IMG/VR virus record: IMGVR_UViG_3300047496_000382
Source: a virus
DNA length: 64,000 nt
Reading direction: 5' to 3' (one strand)
The position numbers and the translations under genes were made by a program. Below, one piece after another: positions 9,421-19,208 of the stretch (position 1 is the stretch's first letter; every line of letters starts with the position of its first letter). The notes under the pieces are model-generated. The model made no database searches. It had not been told where the DNA came from and saw only the letters and a list, made by a program, of their open reading frames with translations.

Positions 9421-10646
9421 CCAAGCACCTCTTCATTCCCCGTCTCGATGGACCCTACCAACGATGCCACTGTTGTCAGTGTGCAGGGCAGTGGCACGCC
9501 CGAGACTGGCGTACTGCTGAACTGAATGATGATGGGCGCAGAGATGAGGTCCATCGCAATGAGGTCTCCCTTCCGTGCGACGGGCAGTTGGCCGGCACCG
9601 AGACGGATGATTTGTCCCTTGATGTTGACGAAGGTATTGCCGTCGATGTCGAGACCGTTCTGCGCAGTCAGCTGTCCTGCACCCGCTGCTTCGATAGAGA
9701 AGTCGGAGCCGAGCTTGAGGGTCAACGCACCAGTCACCTTACCGACGAAGTTGCCCTCGCAACGTAGGAAGGTATTGCCCGAGCGGTCGAAGATGAAGCG
9801 GAAGACCGAATTCTTCGGCGTCGCAGAGGAAGCGGCATCTCCGCTCTCTGCGATGAAGCCTTGCGGTGAGACTGCTACTTCGAAAATGATGGGGTTGTCG
9901 TCCCCGCCTGTGATGCCTGCCTGCGACTGTAGGGCGCCACCATCGGGTTCTGCCATCGGGTTGAAAATGCGCCCCTGCGCAATGCGAACATCGGCGTATT
10001 TGTCATTCGCGAAGACACGGAAGGTCTCGAGGTGCTGCGCTGGGTACTTCGTGAGAGAAGGGCCGTCCTGCAACCCCCAGGTCTCCGCGCCGCCGGCGTT
10101 GTAGTGCGAATAGTTCTCGCTGATGTCGATGACCTGGTTGCGCAACGGGATGTAGATACGCTGTGCGAGTTCCGTTGCTCCCAGAGATAGGACGCCGCCG
10201 CGGTGGAGGATGACGAAGTTCCCGTCGCGCGTCCGAAACCAGATGTCGCCTGGATTGATGGGTGGCCTGCCTCCCGCGAAGGTCGCGTCGGTGGGCGTCT
10301 TCGGCGGCGTGCCGTGCGTCGTAGTTCCCAGGGGCGCGTCAGCAGAGGAGTCCGAGACTTTCTCGAACGCCATCAGAAACGCGAGCACGAACGGCGCGGA
10401 GCTATCGGAGGGGATGCAAACCATCACCGTCGCACCGACCTCCGGCATCACGTAGATGCCCTCACCGTTAGAGTGGTGGAGGTACGGCGAGCCCACCTGG
10501 ATGTTGAAGTACTTCTTGCGGTCGTACTGCGCGATGACGTCCACGGTCCACTTCACCGTATTCGTGTTCACCACGCTACCCTGCACGATGTGGGCGGCCG
10601 TCAAGCCCTCCCTGTGCGTGAACGATGTTCGGAAGCGGGGAGGCAT
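9417..10646 (-). CDS. Baseplate central spike (gpV/gp5-like OB-fold plus beta-helix)
   Basis: Start moved to MPPRFRT. N-terminal OB-fold pattern (GSVVNTNTVKWTVDV...GEGIYVMPEVGATVMV), beta-strand repeats and C-terminal VARKGD typical of spike proteins. Confidence 0.65.
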   Translation of the reverse strand: MPPRFRTSFTHREGLTAAHIVQGSVVNTNTVKWTVDVIAQYDRKKYFNIQVGSPYLHHSNGEGIYVMPEVGATVMVCIPSDSSAPFVLAFLMAFEKVSDSSADAPLGTTTHGTPPKTPTDATFAGGRPPINPGDIWFRTRDGNFVILHRGGVLSLGATELAQRIYIPLRNQVIDISENYSHYNAGGAETWGLQDGPSLTKYPAQHLETFRVFANDKYADVRIAQGRIFNPMAEPDGGALQSQAGITGGDDNPIIFEVAVSPQGFIAESGDAASSATPKNSVFRFIFDRSGNTFLRCEGNFVGKVTGALTLKLGSDFSIEAAGAGQLTAQNGLDIDGNTFVNIKGQIIRLGAGQLPVARKGDLIAMDLISAPIIIQFSSTPVSGVPLPCTLTTVASLVGSIETGNEEVLG

Positions 10647-10647
10647 C

Positions 10648-11226
10648 TCAGTGAATCTTCCGATAGGCCGCGACCCGGCAACACCAGTCGATGAAGACGT
10701 CTTGCGCCATCGCATGCTTCATGAAGTTCACTGCGGGGTGCACCCACTGGACATTGCCCGGGATGTAACCCTTCTCGCTGTCAATGCGGTCAAGAGAAGC
10801 TACTGTTTCTCCCTCTGCGAGCGTCTTCTTCGTCATGCCGAGTGGTGCTCCGGTTAGAGCGCATCGGCGTCCTTGTTGTTCAAAAATAGACCACAGTGTC
10901 GCGGCCGTTACTGAGAATACAAATCCTCGGTGACGCGCCTGCGTACGAAGACACCCGTAACGATGCCCACTCAGGTGGCCCGCCGACGCGTACTTCGACC
11001 GGTACGTCCGTGTCTGCATTCGCGCGCAACCGCAAGACTGCGGTCCCTGTTCTACGCGTCTTGGCCTACGCCCTATAGTTGATGCGCGCTTGACTAGCTC
11101 CTTGCCGCACACGCAACGCACACGCCACATAACGTCACCGCGCGCGGCAACTTCACCCGTGGGGGCTAGCACCGTCAACAAGCCGATGACTTTTCCGGCC
11201 AAGTCCTTTCGGATGTTCGGCATCAA
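10648..11226 (-). CDS. Free-standing HNH-type homing endonuclease
   Basis: WRVRCVCG...SCGC N-terminus and CALTG...SLDRIDSEKGYIPGNVQWVHPAVNFMK; ATGA overlap with the RNAP stop. Confidence 0.85.
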   Translation of the reverse strand: MMPNIRKDLAGKVIGLLTVLAPTGEVAARGDVMWRVRCVCGKELVKRASTIGRRPRRVEQGPQSCGCARMQTRTYRSKYASAGHLSGHRYGCLRTQARHRGFVFSVTAATLWSIFEQQGRRCALTGAPLGMTKKTLAEGETVASLDRIDSEKGYIPGNVQWVHPAVNFMKHAMAQDVFIDWCCRVAAYRKIH

Positions 11227-14200
11227 TAGAAGTGCTCCGGCACATCCTTGAGGTGCCCGTAACCGGGTTTGCTGGCGTCCCTCTTCGTCAGACCTAGCTC
11301 GCTGCCGAAAGCCATGCCCGGGACAGGGTGCGTCCCGTGGATGTGCGACACGCCGCGCGTTGCCGCCGCCTCCATCAACGTCTCGCGAAGATGCCGGTGC
11401 TGCAACTTCGCCATCCAGTCTTCTTGCATCTCGAGAGGTAGAACTTCAATGCCTTTCAGCGTCGGCTTGTGTTCGATGGGCTTTTTGCTGGCTGCTATGA
11501 GCTCGGCGTTGAGCTTGTAGACCGTCGTCGTCGGGCGATACTCCCCACGAAGAACAGTCGGGTGGTCTCCAGAGTCCGTGACCTCGGTGAGATTCCCCAT
11601 CACGCGCACGATGGTCTCGATGGCGCGGCGCTTGATGCCCTCCTTCGCGTAGAGACCGTGAATCTCGTCGACGAGGTGTCCCTGCACACGCTCCATCGAA
11701 TTCGTCGCCTTGAAGAGCTGGCGCGGGTTCACGACGGTGCGGTTCGGGTCGGAGAGATGCTGACCTGCCTCGACCTGCATGCCGACGACGGGCGGCTGCC
11801 AGGGCATGTAGCCGCTGATGCCCCGCGAGTTGGGCAGCGCCGCGTGCAACGGCATCCCGCGCGCGTCGTTGCTGACGTGGTGACGCTTGCCGCCGACAAA
11901 GATGTCCACACCTGTCGCGGTCGGTTGAATCTTCTCGACCTTGCCGCTGACCATCGACAGCGTCGCCTCGTTCGGTACGTGCTCCGGCAGCATCAGCAAG
12001 TTCGAGAAGTGCTTGAAGGCGTTGACGACCTTCGAGCCGCTCGCCTCACGCACGCCACCCGTGTGGAAGGCCTTCAAGGTCAGCTGCACTGCGCGCTCAC
12101 CAACCGTGTGCGCCGAGAGAACGCCGATGTTGGTCCCGAGCGGATGCAGGTCTCCCGAAGAAGAAACTCCACTGCACTTCTGGCAGATGCCCTGCTCCTC
12201 CTCACACTTCAGCGGCGAACGAACGACGAGCCTGGCGTCCTTCTTGACCGACCGAATCTTACCCACGATGTCCGGTGTGAGCAGCGTGCCCGCCGGTACG
12301 TGCAGACCATCCTGGTCGAAGTCCTTCTGCAGGTAGCGGTCGTGAATGTCCCGCTCCTGCACCGACAGAGCAACGCCCTTATTGGTGCCACAATCGTGCT
12401 TAGTGATGAGCACGTTCATCATGTTCTGCATCAACAGCTTCGACATAACGCCGGGTTTCTCGACACCCTGGACCTTGAGGACTGCGCCCCGCCGCGCACC
12501 GTGCATCTGCGTCCAATAGCTGCCGAGGTCCAGACCCTCAGAGTAGCTCTTGGTGACCGGTGTCGGGATGTCCTGGTCAGCGGAGTCCTGGTAAATCATC
12601 GGGGCCAAGACCATCTGCTTGTACTGCTCCCAGCCCGGCTTCACGCCCGCGCTGTACATCGTGAAGAGATTCGAAGGGTCCTTCTTCATCTTCTCTTCGT
12701 GCAGCGTCTTCATCGTGTTGCCGGCTGTCTTGTAGACGTTGATGGCCTGGCGGTCCTTGTCAGCCTGCGGAATCTTTGTGCTCGCGTAGATGCTCGCGGC
12801 TTCGGCGTGCGCCGCCTTCAAGACCTTGTCGCGCGTCTCATAGTCTGGGGTGAAATCCTTGAGCGACAGCGTGTGCACCCCCGTGGGGACGAAGATGTTC
12901 TTGCTCGGGTCGTGCACGGCAACGTGCGTGTTTTCGAACTTCTGGAACGCGAAGGCATGGCCAGCGGCTGTGGGCAGCGGCAGGCGTACCGAGCCAGAGG
13001 CCGCGCCGTTGCCGATGTCCTTTAGCTTGTTCACGACGTCGCCGTAGAGCTCGTGATGGTTCTTCGCGAGCGTCGTCAGCATCGCGTCAAGCCCCTTGCC
13101 GTCGACCTTCGTGTTGAAGTCATGGAGATAGGTGTCCTGCATCTCCTTCGGCAGCGCAGCCGCGAGCATCACGCGCCCCGGCGTGGTTTTCTTCCCATCC
13201 AGCTCGACGACATCAGTCGACAGCAGATGACCCTTCTGGACGGCCTCGACAACCTGCGCCGGGTTCTTGAAGGTCTTCCCCGTCTCCTTGCCGACGAGCC
13301 CGAGCTTGTAGAGGCCGAGTGCCGACTCGAGCGTCGGCTGGTACATCACGCGCCCCGTCGCCTCGCTGAAGAGGTTGTTCGATGGGAACATCTTGTGGGC
13401 CTCCGCAACGGCCTCACGCGTGATGGGGACATAGGCGCTCATCGAGTCACCGTCGAAGTCGGCGGTGAATCCCCCAGTCACGAGCGGGTGAATCTGCACC
13501 GCGCTACCTTCGACACGACGCGCACGGAAGCCTTGCACCGAGTACTTGTGAAGCGCAGGGTCGCGCTTGAGTAGCACGGGGCGCTCCTCCATCACCCGGT
13601 CGAGCGCACGCCAGACCGAGGGCGTCGGCTTGGCAAGCAGCGCTGGTGCCTGCAGCTCCGTCTGGATGGCGCCCATCTCGCGCAGCTTCCGAATGACAAA
13701 GGGTCGATAGAGGCTGAGCGCTGCGTGACTCGGGAGTCCGACTTCATCGAGACCGAGCGCGGGCTCCGGCACGATGGTCGAGCGCATCGTCAAGTCCTGT
13801 CGCCGGTTGATGAGCACGCGCTGGAAGTAGCCACGCTTCGGCTGGCTTCCGCTGATTTGGTGCAGGATGCCCTTGAGTTTCTGCCCCTCGTACGGGATGC
13901 CGACGCCCATCAGCGCCTTCACGCCGTCGTAGAGACTCTCGCGAAGCTCTTGCTTGTGCGCGTCGTCAAGGTTCTGCGCGATGACCGGGTCCTTCAGCTT
14001 ATCGTTCACCTTCGCGAAGTCCGAGTAGAGCTTCGTGAGTCCCTCGAACTGAAGGTTGCCGTCGGGCAGCCGCGAGACCGCACGCAGCACGGGCGGCATC
14101 ACCGGCAGATTGTGCAGCACGTATGCGTCCGCCGGCTTGAGGTTCGCAGTGTCGAGCGCACGCAAGTACTTCACACGCTTCAAGACACTGTCGACCTTGT

Positions 14201-17200
14201 GCTCACCACGCACCGTTCGCAGTTCTTCTTCGGCCTTCCGCAGGTCCTTCTTCACGTCGATGCGCTCAAGAAGCAGCTTGATGCCAGCACCGCCGGTGAT
14301 GCCTGCATGCGTGTCCGTGAGATGCCCGTTGGGCGTGATGCCGCGTGTTCCTGCGATGACGGCGTCGTAGTCCTTCTGCGAGAGCCCGGTGAGGTGTCGA
14401 ATCGGGGCTTCGAAGACAGGGTTGGGGAGCGGCTCGGCCAGCGAGATGCGCGTCCACTGTCGACCCCCGTGACCGCCCGTGAGCTTCTCGTCGAAGAGGC
14501 CACCCGTGATGGGCTTCGGGTCGCCGTTCCCGTCGACCTTGTTGCGATGCACCAGCTCTGCAGGCTTCGGCAGCTCCTTCGGCGCGAGCGTTCGAATCTG
14601 GTCATCCGTCAACGGCGTGAGGATGAAGTCATGTCCCTTCTTCTCGAGGTTCACACCTGCACCACGCAGGAGGTCTTCGAATTTCTGGAACGCGAAGGTC
14701 GGCTTCGGCGTAGGCAGCGCGCCACCAGTCGCAATGGCTGCCCAAATGCGTCGATGGTCACTGGGCCACTGCTTCGAGGGGCTCGTGTTCGGGTCCGGCC
14801 CTTCAGACTTGTACGACTGCATCTCACGGATGTTCGCCTTCGCGCCGTGCGCGAGGAGCGCGTAGAGCCCGAGGGTTCCCATCGCCTGACCGCCGGTGTG
14901 CCCACCGCTCGCCGGTTGCAGGTTCGAGTCGTAGGTCTCGTGCTCTCCTGACCCAGGAAGCGGGTCCATGCCGCTGCGCACTGAGAGCTTCTTGTCGACC
15001 TGGTGCACGAGCTTGAGCATGTGCATCGGACCCACAAGCGCGTGTCCGAGACTTTGCTTGGTGACCGGGTCGATGAGCTCCTCGGTGTCGGAGAGCCCGT
15101 GCGTCTTCAAGTCACTCTTCACCCGCGCGAGGAAGTCGACGCCCGGCTCAAAGTTCTCGACGAGGTAGGTCTTGCCCGTCTTCTTGGCGACCTTGCCGGC
15201 GGCCGTCTCGAGCACCTGGCTCACGTTCATGCGCCCAGGAACGCCGCTGGGGTTCAGGGCCACTTCGATGTGCTCGCCGTTGGGCGTGTGCGGCATCTCT
15301 GCGTCAGGGAGGATGCGCGTGACGATGCCCTTGTTGCCGGCGCGTCCGGTGAGCTTGTCGCCGACCTGCATCGGCTCCGTGGTCTTCACGTGCACTGAAA
15401 CACCGTCCGGCCCACGGTGCACACTCACTACCTCGCCCGAGGCGTCCGCGTCCCAGCGCAAACTCTTGTCGGTGTGCGCACCGCTCATGCTGCGCCGAAT
15501 CGCGCTGAGGCCAGTACGGTCCTTCAGACGGAACGGCTTCATGGCCGCAACAAGCGGGTCGCCGGGACTGACTCGGCTACCGACGCGCACGATGCCGTCG
15601 TCGTCGAGCTTTGCGAGCTGGTCCTTCTTGAAGACGTTGTGATGCTCGCGCATGAACGCGGCTTTGTTGAGCTTCGTCTCCCCGTCGACCGCGAGCGTGT
15701 GCTTGTGGAGGTGCTCGCTCGAGAGCTTATCCGCCGCAGACTGGCTGATGACGATGCCGTCCTCGAAGTTGTAGCCACGAAAGGGGATGAACGCGACGCG
15801 GAGGTTCGTACCGAGAGCGAGTGTGCCGTTCTTCGAGAAGTTCGTGTCCGCGACCGACTTGCCCTCCTTCACTTCGTCCCCGACCTTCACCGTCGGCGTC
15901 GAGTGCAGCATCCCCTTGGCATCGTTCAACGGGTAGTGCTGGTAGAGCTGGACCTCGTGCTTCTGTCCGCTCTTGTCCGTGATGACGATGGCGTCCTTCT
16001 TCACCGACGTCACGTGCCCATCGACCGGCGCGACGTGCGACGCGAAGTCCCCGACGACCTGCTCGAAGGTGACCGGCCCCGGGACACCCGTAGAGACCTG
16101 CACCAGCGGCGGCTCACGATGCACCAACGAGATGGCCTGCTCCATCTGCCGGCTGGCCATCGAGGCACGACCGCCGCTGGTGTTCCCCATGAAGGGGATG
16201 AGGTTGGCCGTGATGTTGAAGAGCTGCGCCGGCAATCGCATCACGTAGTGCGCATCTTCGAACTTGCCGTTCTCGATGGCGTTGTTCTTCACGCTCATCT
16301 TCACGGTGTCGGAGATGGGCTTGGGCCGCCCGTTCTCCCAGCGCACCTGGTCGGGGAGCACGACGTTCGCATCTAGGAACGTGGCTGCGTTCACGTGCTC
16401 CATCTCGTGAGTGCGCGTGTTGTAGAGCTGGATGCGCGCCTCGTTGCCGACCTTCTTCAGACCGACGGGCAGGCGGAGCGTGACGCCTGTCTTCGCACCC
16501 TCGGGGGTGTTGATGGGGTCGAGGAAGCCGAGATGGCTCGGGTTCACGAACTTCGCCTCGTCGACGATGCCGCGCTCGCTACGGATGCCGCCCGGTCCCA
16601 TGATGGTCGTCTGCATTGCAGAGCCGAGCATCTCGAGAGGGTTGATTTGCGACGGCGTGGACGAGGCTTCGTTCTCCTTGAAGGTGTCGCGGACCGGGCG
16701 GTCGAAGAGGTCCATCTTGATGATGTCGCGCACCTCCTTCGCCGTGTTGATTTTCCTCTCAATGCGCTTGCGAATCCCAGGACCTGCACCGCGCAACTTG
16801 TCGTAGGCGAAGTCTCCGGCCGAGCGCAGGTCCTTGAAGACGAGGCTGTCACGGTCATCTTCTGGATGGCCGGCCTGGACCTTGAGCATCTTCTCCGTCG
16901 CGAGCCGAATGGCTTCCGACGTCACATGCGTGAGCGGCTTTCCGAGTGTAACGCTGGTGGAGTCAGGTCGGAGCTTTGAGCGCTCCATTGCCTGGTAGAA
17001 GTGAGCCGCTGCCTCCTCGTGCGACGACGGCGCCGTTCCTTTGCTAGTACGGTAGAACGCCTCGAGCGCGGCGCCGACATTGCGCGCGTTCTTGTTGGCA
17101 GTGAGGATTTCTTTCCCCCACGCCTTCTCGAGCTCTTCGTCCGTCGCGCCGAGCGTCTTCAGCAACGGGTACAACGGCGGGTGCGCCTTGTTGTAGTCCA

Positions 17201-17669
17201 TCGTGAAAATCTTCGTGTCCGGGTCGAAGGCGAGGTCGAACCGGCGCCCGTCCTTCACGTTGAACTGACTCTCGAGCTCACCGTTCTGCCTGCGGCGCGC
17301 GTACACGCCAGGCTTGAGCTGCCACTGGTTCGAGACCTGGTACTCCCGCCCATCGACCAAGTAGCTGTGGCGACGCGTGGTCTTCGGAATCTCCGCTACC
17401 CGGATGCGCTGACGGTCGATGAGTTGCCCGGCCTTGTCCTTCAGCGCGAATGTTGCGAAGACAGGTACGGCCCAACTCTCGCCGTTCACCTTCGCGGCGT
17501 GCTGCCCACGAATGTCATCTGGGTGCAGGTCATCCTGCACCTCGAGGTTCTCGAGGTGGAGCGATTGCAGCTTCCCTTGAATGCTCCCATTCGGGAAGTG
17601 ACTGCGAATGCCCTCGAGCACGTGGCTCTTGAGGTCGTCGAATGCGTCCGTCGGGGCGAGGTAGGCCAA
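11223..17669 (-). CDS. rpoBC: DNA-directed RNA polymerase, fused beta-beta' single polypeptide (~2,148 aa)
   Basis: Beta motifs: MGPGG, TPEGAKTG, GYNFEDG, GDKLTGRAGNKG, NPSGVPGRMN, MLKLVHQVDKK, GGQAMG. Beta' motifs follow in the same frame: LPVMPP, KRGYFQRVLINRR, KRDPALH, TADFDGD, HGARRG, CEEEQGICQKC, GERAVQLTLKAFHTGG. Start moved to TTG at 17669 behind a GGAG RBS (the track starts at 17804). Confidence 0.96.
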   Translation of the reverse strand: MAYLAPTDAFDDLKSHVLEGIRSHFPNGSIQGKLQSLHLENLEVQDDLHPDDIRGQHAAKVNGESWAVPVFATFALKDKAGQLIDRQRIRVAEIPKTTRRHSYLVDGREYQVSNQWQLKPGVYARRRQNGELESQFNVKDGRRFDLAFDPDTKIFTMDYNKAHPPLYPLLKTLGATDEELEKAWGKEILTANKNARNVGAALEAFYRTSKGTAPSSHEEAAAHFYQAMERSKLRPDSTSVTLGKPLTHVTSEAIRLATEKMLKVQAGHPEDDRDSLVFKDLRSAGDFAYDKLRGAGPGIRKRIERKINTAKEVRDIIKMDLFDRPVRDTFKENEASSTPSQINPLEMLGSAMQTTIMGPGGIRSERGIVDEAKFVNPSHLGFLDPINTPEGAKTGVTLRLPVGLKKVGNEARIQLYNTRTHEMEHVNAATFLDANVVLPDQVRWENGRPKPISDTVKMSVKNNAIENGKFEDAHYVMRLPAQLFNITANLIPFMGNTSGGRASMASRQMEQAISLVHREPPLVQVSTGVPGPVTFEQVVGDFASHVAPVDGHVTSVKKDAIVITDKSGQKHEVQLYQHYPLNDAKGMLHSTPTVKVGDEVKEGKSVADTNFSKNGTLALGTNLRVAFIPFRGYNFEDGIVISQSAADKLSSEHLHKHTLAVDGETKLNKAAFMREHHNVFKKDQLAKLDDDGIVRVGSRVSPGDPLVAAMKPFRLKDRTGLSAIRRSMSGAHTDKSLRWDADASGEVVSVHRGPDGVSVHVKTTEPMQVGDKLTGRAGNKGIVTRILPDAEMPHTPNGEHIEVALNPSGVPGRMNVSQVLETAAGKVAKKTGKTYLVENFEPGVDFLARVKSDLKTHGLSDTEELIDPVTKQSLGHALVGPMHMLKLVHQVDKKLSVRSGMDPLPGSGEHETYDSNLQPASGGHTGGQAMGTLGLYALLAHGAKANIREMQSYKSEGPDPNTSPSKQWPSDHRRIWAAIATGGALPTPKPTFAFQKFEDLLRGAGVNLEKKGHDFILTPLTDDQIRTLAPKELPKPAELVHRNKVDGNGDPKPITGGLFDEKLTGGHGGRQWTRISLAEPLPNPVFEAPIRHLTGLSQKDYDAVIAGTRGITPNGHLTDTHAGITGGAGIKLLLERIDVKKDLRKAEEELRTVRGEHKVDSVLKRVKYLRALDTANLKPADAYVLHNLPVMPPVLRAVSRLPDGNLQFEGLTKLYSDFAKVNDKLKDPVIAQNLDDAHKQELRESLYDGVKALMGVGIPYEGQKLKGILHQISGSQPKRGYFQRVLINRRQDLTMRSTIVPEPALGLDEVGLPSHAALSLYRPFVIRKLREMGAIQTELQAPALLAKPTPSVWRALDRVMEERPVLLKRDPALHKYSVQGFRARRVEGSAVQIHPLVTGGFTADFDGDSMSAYVPITREAVAEAHKMFPSNNLFSEATGRVMYQPTLESALGLYKLGLVGKETGKTFKNPAQVVEAVQKGHLLSTDVVELDGKKTTPGRVMLAAALPKEMQDTYLHDFNTKVDGKGLDAMLTTLAKNHHELYGDVVNKLKDIGNGAASGSVRLPLPTAAGHAFAFQKFENTHVAVHDPSKNIFVPTGVHTLSLKDFTPDYETRDKVLKAAHAEAASIYASTKIPQADKDRQAINVYKTAGNTMKTLHEEKMKKDPSNLFTMYSAGVKPGWEQYKQMVLAPMIYQDSADQDIPTPVTKSYSEGLDLGSYWTQMHGARRGAVLKVQGVEKPGVMSKLLMQNMMNVLITKHDCGTNKGVALSVQERDIHDRYLQKDFDQDGLHVPAGTLLTPDIVGKIRSVKKDARLVVRSPLKCEEEQGICQKCSGVSSSGDLHPLGTNIGVLSAHTVGERAVQLTLKAFHTGGVREASGSKVVNAFKHFSNLLMLPEHVPNEATLSMVSGKVEKIQPTATGVDIFVGGKRHHVSNDARGMPLHAALPNSRGISGYMPWQPPVVGMQVEAGQHLSDPNRTVVNPRQLFKATNSMERVQGHLVDEIHGLYAKEGIKRRAIETIVRVMGNLTEVTDSGDHPTVLRGEYRPTTTVYKLNAELIAASKKPIEHKPTLKGIEVLPLEMQEDWMAKLQHRHLRETLMEAAATRGVSHIHGTHPVPGMAFGSELGLTKRDASKPGYGHLKDVPEHFY

Positions 17670-17697
17670 TGGTTTCTCCGCGGAACTTCTGGGCCGC

Positions 17698-17705
17698 AGG
17701 GTAGC
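17698..17705 (-). promoter_or_regulatory. Candidate -10-like element GCTACCCT upstream of rpoBC
   Basis: TANNNT hexamer in the divergent intergenic region; an identical octamer lies at 62698-62705. Confidence 0.3.
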
Positions 17706-17743
17706 TCGCACGCGAGAACACATGCAAGGCAGAACCAAGCGGT

Positions 17744-17753
17744 GGAATAAGAG
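17744..17753 (+). promoter_or_regulatory. Putative phage promoter motif GGAATAAGAG
   Basis: One of four GGNATAAG copies; 44 nt before the first gene of a plus-strand unit. Confidence 0.55.
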
Positions 17754-17787
17754 CACTGGAGGATGACACGGCACGGAAGGAGCGAAA

Positions 17788-17916
17788 ATGGGGCCCGAAA
17801 GCAAGGACGCTGGCGCGCTGTTTCAGCGACGCATCGAGCAGATGTTCGAACTCGAGGAGCAACAAGATGACGAAGATGAACCAGAAGAAGACCTCGATGA
17901 AGGGAATACAACGTGA
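17788..17916 (+). CDS. Small, very acidic protein (42 aa)
   Basis: Below the ORF-track cutoff. MGPESKDAGALFQRRIEQMFELEEQQDDEDEPEEDLDEGNTT with RBS GGAAGGAG. Confidence 0.55.
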   Translation: MGPESKDAGALFQRRIEQMFELEEQQDDEDEPEEDLDEGNTT

Positions 17917-18006
17917 AGGTGCTGTTTCTTCTGTTCTTTGGCGCCGGTCTGTTCAACGGTGCGATGCTCTGGATTCGCGAACATCTACGCAGGGAAAGTG
18001 AGCGCT

Positions 18007-18600
18007 ATGCTCGTCAATCCGTACAGGGACCGGCTAGCGACCCTGCCCGGCACGCGCATCCTTGAGTCAACTTTCGACATCATCGGCGCGAAGTTGCTCG
18101 ACCCCCACAACCAGAGCCGCCTCTGGGAAGTGCAGTGCTTGTATGCCCCCCTTCCCGGCCGCGCGCTAGGTGGTTTTCGCGCGCGGCTCACAGACCAACT
18201 CGGATTCATCACCTTCTGCAACCAACGCGACCTCGAGGTGCTCATCGACAACGCCTGCCCTGGTGACTACTGCGGCTGGAACGACACTTACTACGTCGGG
18301 CCGACACACCGCGACTGGTATGGCCTCTGCTGTGACGAGGATGACCTACGCGACGACCTGTTCGAGTACGAGCTCCTGCTGCGCGCACAGTTCGCCGGCG
18401 GCGCGTTGATACCAGCCTTCCAGGGGCAGCTCGACTACGTGCGTCTGCTGCATCTCGGCAACAACAACGACGTCGAGGAGGAGCGTCTCTTCATAATGGA
18501 CTACGACCCAGACACGGGCGCTTTCCCCGACACGACCTTCGAGAACGTCGAGCGTCGATGGATGCGCAACGGCACTTCGAAAGTTCGATGGCATACATAG
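18007..18600 (+). CDS. Hypothetical acidic protein
   Basis: Start moved to MLVNPY (GTG at 17998 also possible); Asp/Glu-rich and globular. Confidence 0.6.
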   Translation: MLVNPYRDRLATLPGTRILESTFDIIGAKLLDPHNQSRLWEVQCLYAPLPGRALGGFRARLTDQLGFITFCNQRDLEVLIDNACPGDYCGWNDTYYVGPTHRDWYGLCCDEDDLRDDLFEYELLLRAQFAGGALIPAFQGQLDYVRLLHLGNNNDVEEERLFIMDYDPDTGAFPDTTFENVERRWMRNGTSKVRWHT

Positions 18601-19208
18601 CCGCGTCCGCTGGCCTACTAGAGAAGACGGGCTGGACATGCACAAGCTGCGACGAGCACATCGAGTACGTCGAAGAAGTCTTCCAGTTGCAGGTTGTGGA
18701 GATGCGCCTCATCGAAGGACACCTCCGCTACTTGCCCATCATGGCGACGAACGGGGACTACCTGTTCGACCCGCAATTCATCTGCTTTCGCTGCTGGGAA
18801 GACGCCTACGAAGACCTGAAGGAGCACGTCGATGACATGCCGTCCCTGGACGACATGGGAAGCATGTTCGCCTGCTCAACTTGCGGTAGCGGCATTCGCG
18901 AAGGGGAGTACACCATCATCGCGACGCTCGGAGAGATGCATCGCTCTCGCCGCGCACCACAAGGACACCACGACCCGACGTTCGTGCCTTCAGGAGCGCC
19001 GACAGTCCTCTGCCTCTACTGCGCGAAGTGTGTCGATGAGCAGTCCATCGATATGTGGATAGGACTGGGACACAACAACGACTGCCTCGAGTGCGCGCAC
19101 GTTCGCTGCTGGCGCAACGACGTGACGTGCGAGTGCCACTGCCACACAGACGACCCCTACGAAGAAGAAGACGTCGAAGACGACACTGAGGAGGACACCG
19201 ATGGCTGA
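18588..19208 (+). CDS. Cys-rich multi-zinc-finger protein
   Basis: CTSC, CFRC, CSTC, CLYC, CLEC and CECHCH motifs with an acidic tail. Confidence 0.65.
   Translation: MAYIAASAGLLEKTGWTCTSCDEHIEYVEEVFQLQVVEMRLIEGHLRYLPIMATNGDYLFDPQFICFRCWEDAYEDLKEHVDDMPSLDDMGSMFACSTCGSGIREGEYTIIATLGEMHRSRRAPQGHHDPTFVPSGAPTVLCLYCAKCVDEQSIDMWIGLGHNNDCLECAHVRCWRNDVTCECHCHTDDPYEEEDVEDDTEEDTDG

Noticed and set aside
11469-16979. Long plus-strand ORFs opposite rpoBC (518, 408, 319 aa and others)
   Set aside because: Shadow ORFs without RBS or motifs; the minus strand carries the conserved RNAP motifs.
17670-17804. N-terminal extension of RNAP given by the ORF track (MLSGPIF...)
   Set aside because: It overlaps the divergent promoter region; the TTG at 17669 has a GGAG RBS and homology starts there.
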